Below are positions 28,400 to 38,895 of a stretch of 64,000 bases of DNA, in pieces. The position numbers and the translations under genes are program-made. Each line of letters starts with the position of its first letter. The first letter of the stretch is position 1. The notes beneath the pieces were generated by a model, which ran no database searches, was not told the origin of the DNA, and saw only the letters and a list, made by a program, of their open reading frames with translations. Source of the DNA: Pseudobdellovibrionaceae bacterium (GTDB taxonomy: Bacteria; Bdellovibrionota; Bdellovibrionia; Bdellovibrionales; Bdellovibrionaceae); assembly GCA_039810425.1 (NCBI GenBank), contig JBDHWW010000018.1, positions 1-64,000 on the forward strand, given 5' to 3'.

Positions 28400-29935
28400 A
28401 TGAAAAGCATTGCTCTCATACGCCTTTTTGTGATTGGTCTCGTCGCCGCATTTCTGCTGAGCATCGTCTCGTTGATTTCGTTAAAGAAAATCATTGAGCT
28501 GAGTTCCGCCGAACATCGCCGCTTTTTTGTGATGTCGATCGCCAACCGTCTCGAAGAGCGCCCGCTCGATGCGGACTCTTTGAAATTTTTTGGCTCGAAG
28601 CGTCCGCCATTTGACGCCCGCTCCGTCGGGCCGGGCTTCCCGCCGCCTCCAGGGGACTTTCCCCCGCCAATGCCGCCAGAAACCGACAAAGCCCTGCCCC
28701 CACCGTCGCCACAAAGACGCGGTGGCCCCTTCCCGCCACGTTTGAACTTGTGGCTGGTTAGTGAAAGCGGCGAAGTCATCAGCGCCAACAACGAAAAAAA
28801 ATTGCCGGAAAACTGGCGGCGCGTGGGCTTGCCGAAAGAGCCGCACGAACTGACCACCAACGAAGGTATCTTCCGCCTGACCTCCCCTTCGATCATCGTA
28901 AAGCTCGATTCGAAACCGGCGGCATACCTGGTGGCGATTCAAGGCGAAGAAAGTTACCTGTCAGGTCCCCTCTTCTTCTCGCAGGCGGGATTGACCTTCG
29001 TCACAGTCTGTTTGGCGATCTTCTTCTCGCTGTTCTTCACGTTTTTGTATTTGCGCCGCAAATCTCTGGATGCGAAGTCCGTGTTACTGCGCCTTGAGCG
29101 CGGCGACCTGAAGGCGCGGTTTGAAATCAAACGCATGGATGAGTTCGGAAACCTGATGCTCGACTTTAACCGCATGGCGAATGAAATTGAGCGTCTCGTT
29201 CACCGCATTCATGAAACCGAGAGATCCCGTAAGAATCTTTTACAGGAACTCGGCCATGACCTGCGCACCCCACTGACGGGCCTTACGACGGCGTTTGAAA
29301 CCCTGAAGTATCACTACACGAAAATCACCGATTCCGATCGCGAAGAACTCTTTAAAATTATGGGCGGTGAAATCATTTACCTGCGTGACCTGCTCGAAAA
29401 GCTCCTGACAATTGCAACTTTAGACGAACCCCACTACAAGACGTCGACGGAAACAATTGATCTGGAAGATCTTCTCGCCCAAGAAGTGCAAGCGCGCCAA
29501 AGCGGTGCCACCTCGTCGGACACAATCCTCTGGGACTTTAAATCCAACGTCTGTCAGGACCAGGCGGGGGTTCTGCTCGGCGACCCCCACTTGATTATGC
29601 GACTTCTCCGTAACGGCCTGGACAACGCCGCGAAGTTCGCGCGCGCCGCTGTGGCGGTTTCCTTGGTTGGGACACGCGAAGGTTTTGAGATCTATATAAA
29701 AGACGACGGCCCCGGCATCAGTGCCCAAGGCATTGAAAACTTCGGTAAACGCCGGGACTACAGCGCCCGCGCTATCAGTGGCATGAGCGGTCTCCAGTAC
29801 TCTATCGGCCTTGGCTCGGTGATTATGAAGACCGTGGCCGAGCTTCACGGAGGTACCGTCGAGGTTCATAACCGCGCCGACACCGAAGGCACGCCCGGCG
29901 TGTCTTTAAAGATCCGTCTGCCCAAGGCTTTCTAG
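28400..29935 (+). CDS. HAMP-domain sensor histidine kinase with Pro-rich sensor region
   Basis: Two TMs, HAMP, GHDLRTPLT, NGLDNAAKF, DDGPG, GLG. Confidence 0.93.
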   Translation: MKSIALIRLFVIGLVAAFLLSIVSLISLKKIIELSSAEHRRFFVMSIANRLEERPLDADSLKFFGSKRPPFDARSVGPGFPPPPGDFPPPMPPETDKALPPPSPQRRGGPFPPRLNLWLVSESGEVISANNEKKLPENWRRVGLPKEPHELTTNEGIFRLTSPSIIVKLDSKPAAYLVAIQGEESYLSGPLFFSQAGLTFVTVCLAIFFSLFFTFLYLRRKSLDAKSVLLRLERGDLKARFEIKRMDEFGNLMLDFNRMANEIERLVHRIHETERSRKNLLQELGHDLRTPLTGLTTAFETLKYHYTKITDSDREELFKIMGGEIIYLRDLLEKLLTIATLDEPHYKTSTETIDLEDLLAQEVQARQSGATSSDTILWDFKSNVCQDQAGVLLGDPHLIMRLLRNGLDNAAKFARAAVAVSLVGTREGFEIYIKDDGPGISAQGIENFGKRRDYSARAISGMSGLQYSIGLGSVIMKTVAELHGGTVEVHNRADTEGTPGVSLKIRLPKAF

Positions 29936-30994
29936 GGGCGAAACAGGCGCTAAAAACTCAGCGGCCAGGGCTTGAACCAGTTGGGCCGCGTTCATTGTGC
30001 GAATCTGCGCAACCCCTTCGCCCGCCCACATCGATAAAAACTCTGAACGCCGCAACTGGGCCGCCTTACCACGAATGTCGCGGGTGAAAGCGTTCTGCGC
30101 CGGAAATGGCAGGATGGCGGCTTCCTTATCTTTCATTTCCATCATGAAACGGTTTTCAATCCCCCGAGCCAAACGGCCGGAGAAAGCACGAGTTAAGTGA
30201 GTCGTGCGTTGTTGGGTATCCAGTAAGAACAAACGATAGGCCTTGTTCGTTCCCGCCTCTTCACAAAGAAGAAAAGCGGTCCCCAACTGCGCCGCCTGGG
30301 CGCCAAGATCCACGGCGGCCTGAATCCCCTTTCCATTCATGATTCCACCAGCCGCAACCACCGGCGCCCGAATATGATCCTTCAATAAAGACACCAGCGG
30401 CAGGACCCCGATCTGCGGATCGTCTTTCTTGGCGTCAAAGATCGCGCGATGGCCTCCGGCCTCAACTCCCTGGGCTATGATCGCATCCACACCGGCCTCT
30501 TGCAGAACCAGCGCCTCTTCCAAGGTGCTTGCCGTCCCCATTGTGTAAATGCCTTCCCTCTGGCAAGCCCTGAGATATTTTCTGTCGAGCGAGCCAAATA
30601 TGAAACTAAAGGCCGCGGGTTTTTCGCGGAGCATGACCTCGAACTGAGCCTCGAAATTTTCGGCATAAGGTGGTTTGAAATCCGGTTTTTCAAGCTCCAG
30701 CTCATCACGATAGATCTTTGTCGCTTTCAGCGCCCGACGCAGGGACATCTCATCCAGCACGGGCTCTTCCCCCGGCACAAAAAGATTCACGGCAAAAGGA
30801 CGCCGAGTGAGCTCACGAGTTTTTTGAATTTCCTGAGTGATAAGTTCCGGAGATAGATAAGCGCATCCGAGGGATCCCAACCCGCCGGAGTTACTGACGG
30901 CAGCAGCCAGTGCGGGAGTCCCGGGGCCGCCGGCCATCGGCGCAAGAATCAATGGAAGTTTCAGGTCAAAACGTTTCATCAACTCGTTTGTCAT
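29906..30994 (-). CDS. nitronate monooxygenase family flavin oxidoreductase
   Basis: APMAGG, QGVEAGGHR, AAGGI, QLGTAFL, TRAFSGRLARG. Confidence 0.9.
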   Translation of the reverse strand: MTNELMKRFDLKLPLILAPMAGGPGTPALAAAVSNSGGLGSLGCAYLSPELITQEIQKTRELTRRPFAVNLFVPGEEPVLDEMSLRRALKATKIYRDELELEKPDFKPPYAENFEAQFEVMLREKPAAFSFIFGSLDRKYLRACQREGIYTMGTASTLEEALVLQEAGVDAIIAQGVEAGGHRAIFDAKKDDPQIGVLPLVSLLKDHIRAPVVAAGGIMNGKGIQAAVDLGAQAAQLGTAFLLCEEAGTNKAYRLFLLDTQQRTTHLTRAFSGRLARGIENRFMMEMKDKEAAILPFPAQNAFTRDIRGKAAQLRRSEFLSMWAGEGVAQIRTMNAAQLVQALAAEFLAPVSPLESLGQTDL

Positions 30995-31060
30995 GCCAGG
31001 CTCCCGGCGGTCCTTACAGGGCCGCCTCTGAAAATGATACTCTGATTCGCGCGAAAAACA

Positions 31061-31088
31061 AAAAAACCCACATCGAAAGATGTGGGTT
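31061..31088 (-). terminator. intrinsic terminator after ald
   Basis: AACCCACATC-GAAA-GATGTGGGTT with T tract on the minus strand. Confidence 0.8.
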
Positions 31089-31117
31089 CACAAAATGAAC
31101 TGGCAAAAGCTTTAAAA

Positions 31118-32224
31118 TTACATCTTGTATGGCTTGTATTCCATGCCCAGGTCACGAGCCACCGGCTCATACACCACGTGGCCGCCATAAACATTCAAAC
31201 CTTTCAAGAGGTTCTTATCTTTGGCAACAGCGTCTTCTACGCCCATAACCGCAAGCATAGAAGCGTATTTCAAAGTCACGTTCGTCAAAGCGTATGTTGA
31301 AGTGCGTGGTACCACGCCTGGCATATTAGGTACGCAATAATGAATAACACCCTCAACTTCGTAAGTTGGGTTTTGGTGAGACGTCGGACGGCAAGTCTCG
31401 ATACAACCGCCTTGGTCCACCGCTACGTCAACAACCACAGAACCTTTAGACATCGAAGAGATCATGTCTTTAGAAACCAATGTTGGGGCTTTGTGGCCGG
31501 TAATCAACACACCACCGATGACCAAGTCAGATTCTTTTACCGACTCTTCGATGTTTTTCGCGTTGGAAAACAAAGTCATACAACGGCCTTGAAAAATATC
31601 ATCCAAGTATTCCAAGCGTGAAGTGCTCACGTCGAGGATCGTCACAGTGGCACCCAAGCCCACTGCCATTTTCGCGGCATTCGTACCAACAACACCACCA
31701 CCGATGATTGTTACTTTGCCTGGTTTTACGCCAGTCACCCCTCCCATGAGGATGCCCTTACCGCCGTGGTCTTTTTGCAAGTAATATGCGCCGATTTGCG
31801 TCGCCATACGACCCGCCACTTCCGACATAGGAGTCAAAAGGGGCAAAGCGCCGTTGTCCAATTGAATCGTTTCGTAAGCGATCGCTTTGACTTTTCTTTC
31901 ACAGAGAACTTTTGTCAATTTTGGTTCAGCCGCCAAATGCAAGTAAGTGTAGATGATTTGATTCTCTTTCATGAGGTCATATTCATCTGGAAGTGGTTCT
32001 TTCACCTTCATGATCATGTCTGCTTTAGCGTAAACTTCCTTTTTAGTATCGATGATTTTCGCACCGGCTTTTTCGTATTGTTCATTTGAAATGCCGCTGC
32101 CAAGACCCGCGTCTTTTTCAACGATAACCGCGTGGCCTTCTTTAACAAGCTGGCGTGCACCCGCTTCAGTCATACCCACACGGTTTTCAGAAATCTTAAT
32201 TTCCTTAGGAACCCCAATAAGCAT
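31118..32224 (-). CDS. ald: alanine dehydrogenase
   Basis: [50 protein letters not shown]. Confidence 0.96.
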   Translation of the reverse strand: MLIGVPKEIKISENRVGMTEAGARQLVKEGHAVIVEKDAGLGSGISNEQYEKAGAKIIDTKKEVYAKADMIMKVKEPLPDEYDLMKENQIIYTYLHLAAEPKLTKVLCERKVKAIAYETIQLDNGALPLLTPMSEVAGRMATQIGAYYLQKDHGGKGILMGGVTGVKPGKVTIIGGGVVGTNAAKMAVGLGATVTILDVSTSRLEYLDDIFQGRCMTLFSNAKNIEESVKESDLVIGGVLITGHKAPTLVSKDMISSMSKGSVVVDVAVDQGGCIETCRPTSHQNPTYEVEGVIHYCVPNMPGVVPRTSTYALTNVTLKYASMLAVMGVEDAVAKDKNLLKGLNVYGGHVVYEPVARDLGMEYKPYKM

Positions 32225-32489
32225 AAATTTCTCCTGTTTTTCTGCGCTTGAAACATTCCGAAAGTGTAACGACCTGGAAATATGCCACATCGCCTTGGGA
32301 TTGCAAGGCGTGTGTTCGCCCTCCGAAGCCCACTCCATAACTCTTTGCATTAGGTTCTGTCCTTGTTGCGATATCCAAGGAGCAGCAGATGTCTCATTAT
32401 AAGACCAAAAGTCGAGGGTTCGCTGAATTTGTGGAAATTCCCCATGACGCTAGTATCCTAAAGTCAGTCTACTTTGGGGGAACGCACTC

Positions 32490-33419
32490 ATGAAGAGCCT
32501 AATGGTCCGCACGATCCTTGTGATCGCATCTATTACTGTGACCGCTATTTTATTCCAGAACTGCTCTCAGAGCTTTAAAATCGACGACGGCGACGCCGCC
32601 GGAACCTCAAACCTCGGGTCCTCTGCCAACCACGACACCCCACACATCACCGCTGTCTCAACCAAGATGGAGCCGAATATCGACATGGAGTTCTCAGTCT
32701 TTGCGGATGCCCTTTTGCCCTCGACCAGCTATGAATGGTCACATACTTTGAACGGCACTCCGTCTGCTTGCACCCTTAAAAATGGCAATAAGGCGACCAC
32801 CTACATCATTAACTGCGCCCAGGCCGGCAGCCTCGTGGTAAAAACCAATGCGCTTGAGGGCAACACACCCATCACCATAGCGCCTTACACCCTGACTCTG
32901 ATGGCCTCTCCGGGGCCGGGCACTCCAACCAATGAGATCAACCTCCAAGTAAATTTCTCGATCCCGGCAGGCACTGGGGCGACTCCTTGGAATACGACCG
33001 CCACGGCGGTTGAAACCTTCGTTGGTCAAACTTTGAAGTTCACCAACGACGACGCCGTCGACCACCAATTGCATACCGGAGGCAAACCTTGCCCGCATGG
33101 CTCTGCCATGAGCCCAGGGGCTTCGACAAATTGTGTGATCTCAACCGCCTATGACTACAAAACCGATGGCAGTCTGTACGATCACAACCTGGGTACGAAG
33201 TCGCCGTTCTTTATGGTGGCTTATGATGGTTCCGCCCTCTACACGGCAAACTGCGCGAGCTGTCATGGGGCCTTGGCAAGTTCGGCACGGAAAGGCGCGC
33301 GCGTTTCTCAGATCAAGAACGCGCTTTCCACCGTTCCGCAAATGAGTACGAATACGAATTTAATGAAGCTGACCCAGAGACAGATCGAGGCGATTTCATT
33401 CGCCCTTGGCGGCAAATAA
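32490..33419 (+). CDS. FQNC-type lipoprotein with cupredoxin-like segment and C-terminal c-type cytochrome domain
   Basis: LFQNC signal; VGQTLKFTNDDAVDHQLH; GSALYTANCASCHG..VPQM. Confidence 0.7.
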   Translation: MKSLMVRTILVIASITVTAILFQNCSQSFKIDDGDAAGTSNLGSSANHDTPHITAVSTKMEPNIDMEFSVFADALLPSTSYEWSHTLNGTPSACTLKNGNKATTYIINCAQAGSLVVKTNALEGNTPITIAPYTLTLMASPGPGTPTNEINLQVNFSIPAGTGATPWNTTATAVETFVGQTLKFTNDDAVDHQLHTGGKPCPHGSAMSPGASTNCVISTAYDYKTDGSLYDHNLGTKSPFFMVAYDGSALYTANCASCHGALASSARKGARVSQIKNALSTVPQMSTNTNLMKLTQRQIEAISFALGGK

Positions 33420-33442
33420 GCAACAGATACTTAAGACCTGAA

Positions 33443-34351
33443 CTACTGAGGAACAACCCAGCCCGAGAAGCGCTGGACCTCCTCAGTGATATCCGCCCCC
33501 AGCTCCACGTGACGGAAGCTCTGCGGAGAATCCATCATCTTACGAACCAACTTATTCATAATATCATGACCTGCCTTATAAAGAACAACATGGCCCATCA
33601 GCGGCATTTCAAGGGTCACAAGGTCTCCCAACGCATCGAGAGTCTTATGGCGAACGAACTCGTCGGCAAAACGAAGGCCTTCAGGATTGATCACCGTTTC
33701 ATGATCGAGAACAATCGCATTATCAAGACTGCCCCCTTTTGCAAGACCACGGGCTTTGAGGGCTTCTACGTCCTTTAAAAAACCAAAGGTGCGGGCGTTG
33801 GCGACATCGCGGCCGAAGCTCTGCTCGTTCACATCGATATCCATCTTTTGCAAACCAATCGCCGGGTGGGGGAAGTCGATGGTCACGGTCAAACGCAAAC
33901 CATGATAAGGCACAACGTAGGCGTGCTTCTCGCCTTCAGAAAAATAAATAGGTTCCGTAATATAGCAATACTTGCGCGGTTGATCCTGCTCCACCATACC
34001 GACCTCAAGAAGTGCTTTCAAGAAGTCACGGGCGCTGCCGTCCCCGATCGGAATTTCAGGGCCATCGAGTTCCACAAAAAGGTTGTCGATACGTAACGCT
34101 GACAGTGCTGACAAACAATGTTCAATTGTAGCTACGCTGAAAGCCGGACCGCCGATCGTCGTTGCATGAGAGGTCGCATGGACATTCTTAGCCGAAACTT
34201 TCAATGATGGCGCCCCCGGAAGGTCCGTTCTTACGAAATAAACCCCCGTATCCGGCGGTGCCGGGCGGAATGTCAGCGTGCATGGATCGCCCGAGTGAAT
34301 ACCAATGCCATGAACTGCTGTCTTTTTGCGAATCGTTTTTTGTAAGAACAT
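33443..34351 (-). CDS. lpxC: UDP-3-O-acyl-N-acetylglucosamine deacetylase
   Basis: GIGIHSG, TIEHCLSAL, ARTFGF, HKTLDALGD, KAGH. Confidence 0.97.
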   Translation of the reverse strand: MFLQKTIRKKTAVHGIGIHSGDPCTLTFRPAPPDTGVYFVRTDLPGAPSLKVSAKNVHATSHATTIGGPAFSVATIEHCLSALSALRIDNLFVELDGPEIPIGDGSARDFLKALLEVGMVEQDQPRKYCYITEPIYFSEGEKHAYVVPYHGLRLTVTIDFPHPAIGLQKMDIDVNEQSFGRDVANARTFGFLKDVEALKARGLAKGGSLDNAIVLDHETVINPEGLRFADEFVRHKTLDALGDLVTLEMPLMGHVVLYKAGHDIMNKLVRKMMDSPQSFRHVELGADITEEVQRFSGWVVPQ

Positions 34352-34445
34352 GGGGTGAATCTACCCTAAAGGCGGTCTCCCTGTCAAAAAATCCCGTTTC
34401 GCGGCCATTAGCTGGAAAGCGGCTTCATTTTCCTGAAATTTCAGC

Positions 34446-34475
34446 GGAAACACCGTTATGTGGAAACACCGTTAT
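34446..34475. repeat. 14-bp direct repeat in divergent promoter region
   Basis: GGAAACACCGTTAT at 34446-34459 and 34462-34475. Confidence 0.8.
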
Positions 34476-34553
34476 CACTTTGAGAAACGCTGTCTGAAGT
34501 TCTGACACTGTTGAAACTCTAACGAGTTTTAGACATTGTGGGCTTTCCCAGGG

Positions 34554-34569
34554 TGGCCCCCAGCTTGCA
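34554..34569 (+). promoter_or_regulatory. sigma-54 -24/-12 promoter
   Basis: TGGCCCCCAGCTTGCA (GG-N10-GC), ending 27 nt before ATG 34597. Confidence 0.6.
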
Positions 34570-34596
34570 ACACTAGGCCAGCACAGGGGGGACTGA

Positions 34597-35907
34597 ATGG
34601 GGAAGTATGGGCTGGCAGCGCTCACCGGAATGTTGGTTTTATCATTCCAAAACTGTTCCAAAACAGGCTTCTCGATGGATAACGTCGGCGGCGAAACGTC
34701 CGCCGCCCTATCAGCCGACAACACCGTCGGCAATGACGTCGTTCTCCGTCTGGAACCGGCCCTCGCGATTCGTGGTATGGGCTGCGTTCAATGTCACGCA
34801 AAAGTAGACTCCAGCATCGTCACCGATTTCGGTTACAACGGAGATGGCAAAGGCCGTGACTACTTCTTTAGTTTACCTACTCAAACCTTGGGTTCCGCGA
34901 CCACAACATGGAACAGCGGCGGGATCTATGGAGACCACGGCAATAATTTTAACACGATGACGATCCCCGCCGACAAATCCGTGTTTGTCCCCCGGGCCGT
35001 TGCCCCGGCCGCGGTGACCTCGGCGACGGCCGCAAAAACCTTGGCTGAATATATTCAGGGTCAATTTTCCATAGCGGCGGATGCCGGCACAAAAGCCGCC
35101 AGTGTCTATGAGAAGTCCAGCATCTATATTGGCGCGCCGACGGAAGCAGACCTCGTGAATGCTTTTGGTGGTTTCGGCGCCAACGAAAGACAGAAGTACT
35201 TCCGTGATCCCGTGGGCTCACCCCTCGCTGGCTTGCAAGATCGCGGCAACTTTTTCCAAAACAACAGCGTTGTCACTTGCGACGGGGATCTTCTGTTGCG
35301 TGGTCCATTGCTTTTGCAAAACCTGCAATTAAATACCAACACAGGCTGCCGCATTCACGTTATTGGCTCCGTCTTCATCTACGGCCCGATTTCATTTACC
35401 AACGCCAACGTCAACCGCAACATCCAGATCACCTCAACAAAAGCGATCGCCATGGGCCTTGGCAGTGTAAAGCTCAGCGCCACGTTCTGTGAACCAAACA
35501 GCAACTGGGCCATGTACCCAACAGACCCAAGCTGGGTAAAGGCATCGTCAATGATCAGCCGCTTTACCGATATCTGGACAGATCCAAGCTTCATGCTTCG
35601 CCAAAGCGGTGACCCTAAAGCCTTTGGCAACTCCGTGCTGGCGGAAGCCGCTATTATCGAAGCGGCCGCCGGAACCCTGTACGACGCCGCTTGCCGCGGT
35701 GAGGGTCGTAACGTTGCTTTCGAAAGGATCGTATTGAACGCGCCCGTGGTTCACAGCCGCTATCAAGGGAACGTTTCAGGAACGATCATCGCGGAATACG
35801 CGGTCATGAGCTTGGGCGAATTTAAATTCAAATTCGACCCCGTGTTCTTGCATGAGCAGCTCTTCCCGCGCCTGAACAAGAAAATCTATCTCGATGTGGT
35901 CGACTAG
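34597..35907 (+). CDS. FQNC-type lipoprotein with single CxxCH motif and beta-rich body
   Basis: LSFQNC signal; GCVQCHAK; repeated GxxxxxG beta segments. Confidence 0.7.
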   Translation: MGKYGLAALTGMLVLSFQNCSKTGFSMDNVGGETSAALSADNTVGNDVVLRLEPALAIRGMGCVQCHAKVDSSIVTDFGYNGDGKGRDYFFSLPTQTLGSATTTWNSGGIYGDHGNNFNTMTIPADKSVFVPRAVAPAAVTSATAAKTLAEYIQGQFSIAADAGTKAASVYEKSSIYIGAPTEADLVNAFGGFGANERQKYFRDPVGSPLAGLQDRGNFFQNNSVVTCDGDLLLRGPLLLQNLQLNTNTGCRIHVIGSVFIYGPISFTNANVNRNIQITSTKAIAMGLGSVKLSATFCEPNSNWAMYPTDPSWVKASSMISRFTDIWTDPSFMLRQSGDPKAFGNSVLAEAAIIEAAAGTLYDAACRGEGRNVAFERIVLNAPVVHSRYQGNVSGTIIAEYAVMSLGEFKFKFDPVFLHEQLFPRLNKKIYLDVVD

Positions 35908-36701
35908 TACGGCAAAAGATTTTCCCAATCCATCAAATTGTACTTCTTAAGAATCTCTTTCAAACGCCCGCTCTTGCGGGCGCTTTCAAACCACTCGGCA
36001 ACCTCTTTATCCAACTTGTGAAAACCTTTTTTGTGTTTCTTTGAAAACATCACCACCGAGCCAAAGCCCACAAAGGACGCCGGAATAACATATACCTCCG
36101 TGTCTTTGGTTTGCGCGGCACAATAACGAAGGACGTTGAAATCGCCGAGGGCGACGTCTCCCCGCTTGGTTTTCATCATCAACATCATTCGCCGAGAAAT
36201 ATCCGCGCCGCTGATTTCAACAAGCTGGGTTTTCCTTCCCGCCTGGGTTTCATCTTGCACGCTCTCACGGAAGTCTTCGGTTCCAGGCCCCATATACGAA
36301 AAAATAATTGTTTTTCCGGAAAGCTCCTTCAGATCATAAAGGCTTTCCAGACGGACCGGCCCCATGGTGAGGGCCCCTACATAGGTCACGCCAAAAGGGG
36401 TTTCAACAATATCCACGTCCGGAAGATAGCGGATCACGTATTCCGATAAAAGGGCATAGTCGATTTCATTCTTTTTTACCGAGGCCGCCTGGCGCTTCGC
36501 TGGGATTTCAACATACTCAAACTTGTAGTTATACTTTTGGGCAATCTCCTCAAGGATGTCGTAAATATATCCCGTTAGTTCGCCCTTTTCGGTGGTCCCG
36601 ATATAAGGCAAAACCCACTCTGTTCCGATACGAACCTTCTCAGGACCCGCATAAGCCAGCATCGAAAATAGTGAAAACACCATGAATGCACAATTCTTCA
36701 T
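35904..36701 (-). CDS. periplasmic solute-binding protein, family 3-like
   Basis: Signal peptide; LPY..GELTGYIYDIL, C-terminal SGRLKEILKKY. Confidence 0.75.
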   Translation of the reverse strand: MKNCAFMVFSLFSMLAYAGPEKVRIGTEWVLPYIGTTEKGELTGYIYDILEEIAQKYNYKFEYVEIPAKRQAASVKKNEIDYALLSEYVIRYLPDVDIVETPFGVTYVGALTMGPVRLESLYDLKELSGKTIIFSYMGPGTEDFRESVQDETQAGRKTQLVEISGADISRRMMLMMKTKRGDVALGDFNVLRYCAAQTKDTEVYVIPASFVGFGSVVMFSKKHKKGFHKLDKEVAEWFESARKSGRLKEILKKYNLMDWENLLPY

Positions 36702-37744
36702 CGCTGCCTTCCTTGAATCCGTTTGATGGAGCTTTCCCAAAGGGCGCGGTCTTTAGTCCACTCTTTGCGGAAGGGCGGAGGAATATTACTCATCCAGCCG
36801 GAATACATCGACGCTGTTTTCGCGGTCACCGGAAAAGTGGGCACGAGAATTTTCTTAGCAGGTTTTCGGCCATTTAAAATATCCGCAGCAGCGAAAAAGC
36901 TTTGCCGGCCGATTTCACCGCAGAACTGGGCCGAATCGATAACCGTGATATTATTCTTAACAATGTTCTTGATGGATGCGGGATCGCCATCGACAGTGGC
37001 GTGCTTCACTTCCGTCCGCCCCGCGGCTTGAAGTTCTTCGACGATCGCAATGCCGCCGCCGTCATTGACGGAAATGATCACGTCCACGGACCCTTTTTGC
37101 GGAAAATCTTTTAAAAAATCCTGGGCCGCCTTTTTACCGCCGACAGGCTCAACCGCCTCGTAAGTCTTTAGCACTTTAAAGTCCTGGTCAAGCTGGCGAA
37201 GAGTATCGAAAAACCCATCCAGGCGATCCGTCGTCGACGAAACTTTGGGATAGGCAAACACCACGATCCGGATTTGCGTTTTTTTAGGATAGAAGGAGGC
37301 AATATACTCGGCATTTAAGCGGCCGGCCTGAAAGTTATCGCTCGTCACAAAGGCGTCAAGGTCACCGCCCACAATATACTGGTCAAATGCGACGACTGGA
37401 ATTTTAAGCCGATTGGCTTCTTGCAGTTGATGCGACAAGGCCGCATTGTCCGTCGGCTGAATGACAATGACTGCCGGCTTTAGGGCGATGGCTTTACCGA
37501 ATTGCCCAATTTGGTTTTTGATACCCGCTTGACCGTCACCCGCGACGAACGGCACGATCTCGATTTTATCCCCGGGTTTTGATTTTTTATTATAGCGAGC
37601 GGCCTCAGTTTCGAAGCCTTTTCTCATCGCGACCTGGCCTTCGATACTGCTGCTCCAATACAGAGCCGCCACCTTGCGGGATTCCGCGAAGGTTGTCAGA
37701 CTAAAAAGTCCAATAAATATTCCAAGCCAAATCCGTGTCGCCAT
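36698..37744 (-). CDS. sugar-type periplasmic binding protein (RbsB-like)
   Basis: VIQPTD, IPVVAFD, VTSDNFQAG, ND, VDG motifs. Confidence 0.85.
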   Translation of the reverse strand: MATRIWLGIFIGLFSLTTFAESRKVAALYWSSSIEGQVAMRKGFETEAARYNKKSKPGDKIEIVPFVAGDGQAGIKNQIGQFGKAIALKPAVIVIQPTDNAALSHQLQEANRLKIPVVAFDQYIVGGDLDAFVTSDNFQAGRLNAEYIASFYPKKTQIRIVVFAYPKVSSTTDRLDGFFDTLRQLDQDFKVLKTYEAVEPVGGKKAAQDFLKDFPQKGSVDVIISVNDGGGIAIVEELQAAGRTEVKHATVDGDPASIKNIVKNNITVIDSAQFCGEIGRQSFFAAADILNGRKPAKKILVPTFPVTAKTASMYSGWMSNIPPPFRKEWTKDRALWESSIKRIQGRQR

Positions 37745-37828
37745 AATTATGCCGTGGGTTCCAGATATTTATTCAGTGAATCCTGTCTTCATCCTTCAAA
37801 ACCCCAACGCTTTCATCCTCATACGAGG

Positions 37829-38854
37829 CTAATTAGACCCCGCCAGTTCAAGCACTTGGTTTTTAGCAAACTCCGTAATCACCCGACCGCGCTGAGTCTT
37901 CTGGATGAAGCCTTCTTGCAATAAAAAGGGCTCGTAAACTTCTTCGATGGTGTCGCGCTCTTCACTGAGCGCCGCCGCGATCGTTTCAACGCCGACAGGC
38001 CCACCGGCATATTTTTCATGTATCAGCTGTAAAATACGGCGATCCATCATATCCAGGCCGTGGCGATCCACGCCGAGCAAATTCAAAGCGGATTTTGCAA
38101 GGTCTTGCGTGATGATGCCATTGGATTGAACTTGCGCAAAATCACGCACGCGTTTGAGCAAGCGAATCGCCACACGCGGAGTTCCACGCGAACGGCGGGC
38201 GATTTCTTCCGCCCCGCCGGGCTGAATCGTCAGATTCAAGATCTTCGCGTCCCGCTCGACAATTTGCTGTAACGACTCACGGTCGTAGAAATTCATTCTT
38301 TCAACAATCCCAAAACGGTCACGGAACGGAGAGTTCAACAATCCCGCACGCGTGGTCGCGCCGATCAGGGTGAAGGGGGCCAATTGGAACTTCATCGAGC
38401 GCGCCCCAAGGCCTTCGCCAGTCACGATATCGATGTAGTAGTCTTCCATCGCGGTATAGAGGTACTCTTCAACATAGCGGCTGAGGCGATGAATCTCATC
38501 AATGAACAAAACAGAGTGGGGTTTGAGGCTTGTCAAAATCGCCGCAAGATCACCTTTTTTGTCGATGGCCGGCGCCGATGTCGCTTTGAAATCCACTTCC
38601 ATCGCATGGGCGATGATTTTCGCAAGCGTGGTTTTACCCAAGCCCGGCGGGCCGCTCAAAAGAGTATGATCCAAGGCTTCGCCGCGGCCTTTGGCGGCAC
38701 TGACGAAGATTTTCAGTTTGTCTTTGACTTCTTTTTGGCCCGGAAAATCCTCAAAGGTTTGGGGACGGAGGATATTCTCCCAAGACTTTTCGCCTTCAGC
38801 AAGAGTGCCTTCCAAAATTCGACCGTTGTGGTTTTCATCCATTTTTATGTCCAT
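37829..38854 (-). CDS. ruvB: Holliday junction branch migration helicase RuvB
   Basis: [36 protein letters not shown]. Confidence 0.97.
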   Translation of the reverse strand: MDIKMDENHNGRILEGTLAEGEKSWENILRPQTFEDFPGQKEVKDKLKIFVSAAKGRGEALDHTLLSGPPGLGKTTLAKIIAHAMEVDFKATSAPAIDKKGDLAAILTSLKPHSVLFIDEIHRLSRYVEEYLYTAMEDYYIDIVTGEGLGARSMKFQLAPFTLIGATTRAGLLNSPFRDRFGIVERMNFYDRESLQQIVERDAKILNLTIQPGGAEEIARRSRGTPRVAIRLLKRVRDFAQVQSNGIITQDLAKSALNLLGVDRHGLDMMDRRILQLIHEKYAGGPVGVETIAAALSEERDTIEEVYEPFLLQEGFIQKTQRGRVITEFAKNQVLELAGSN

Positions 38855-38895
38855 AATCAAGCCTGTTTCCTATTCTCAGTTTTCTATTTTCTAAG

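Noticed and set aside
31118..32350. N-terminal extensions given by the ORF track for ald (likewise folE2, maf, ruvC, hppA, osmC, prpC)
   Set aside because: Downstream starts have an RBS and/or match the family N-terminus.
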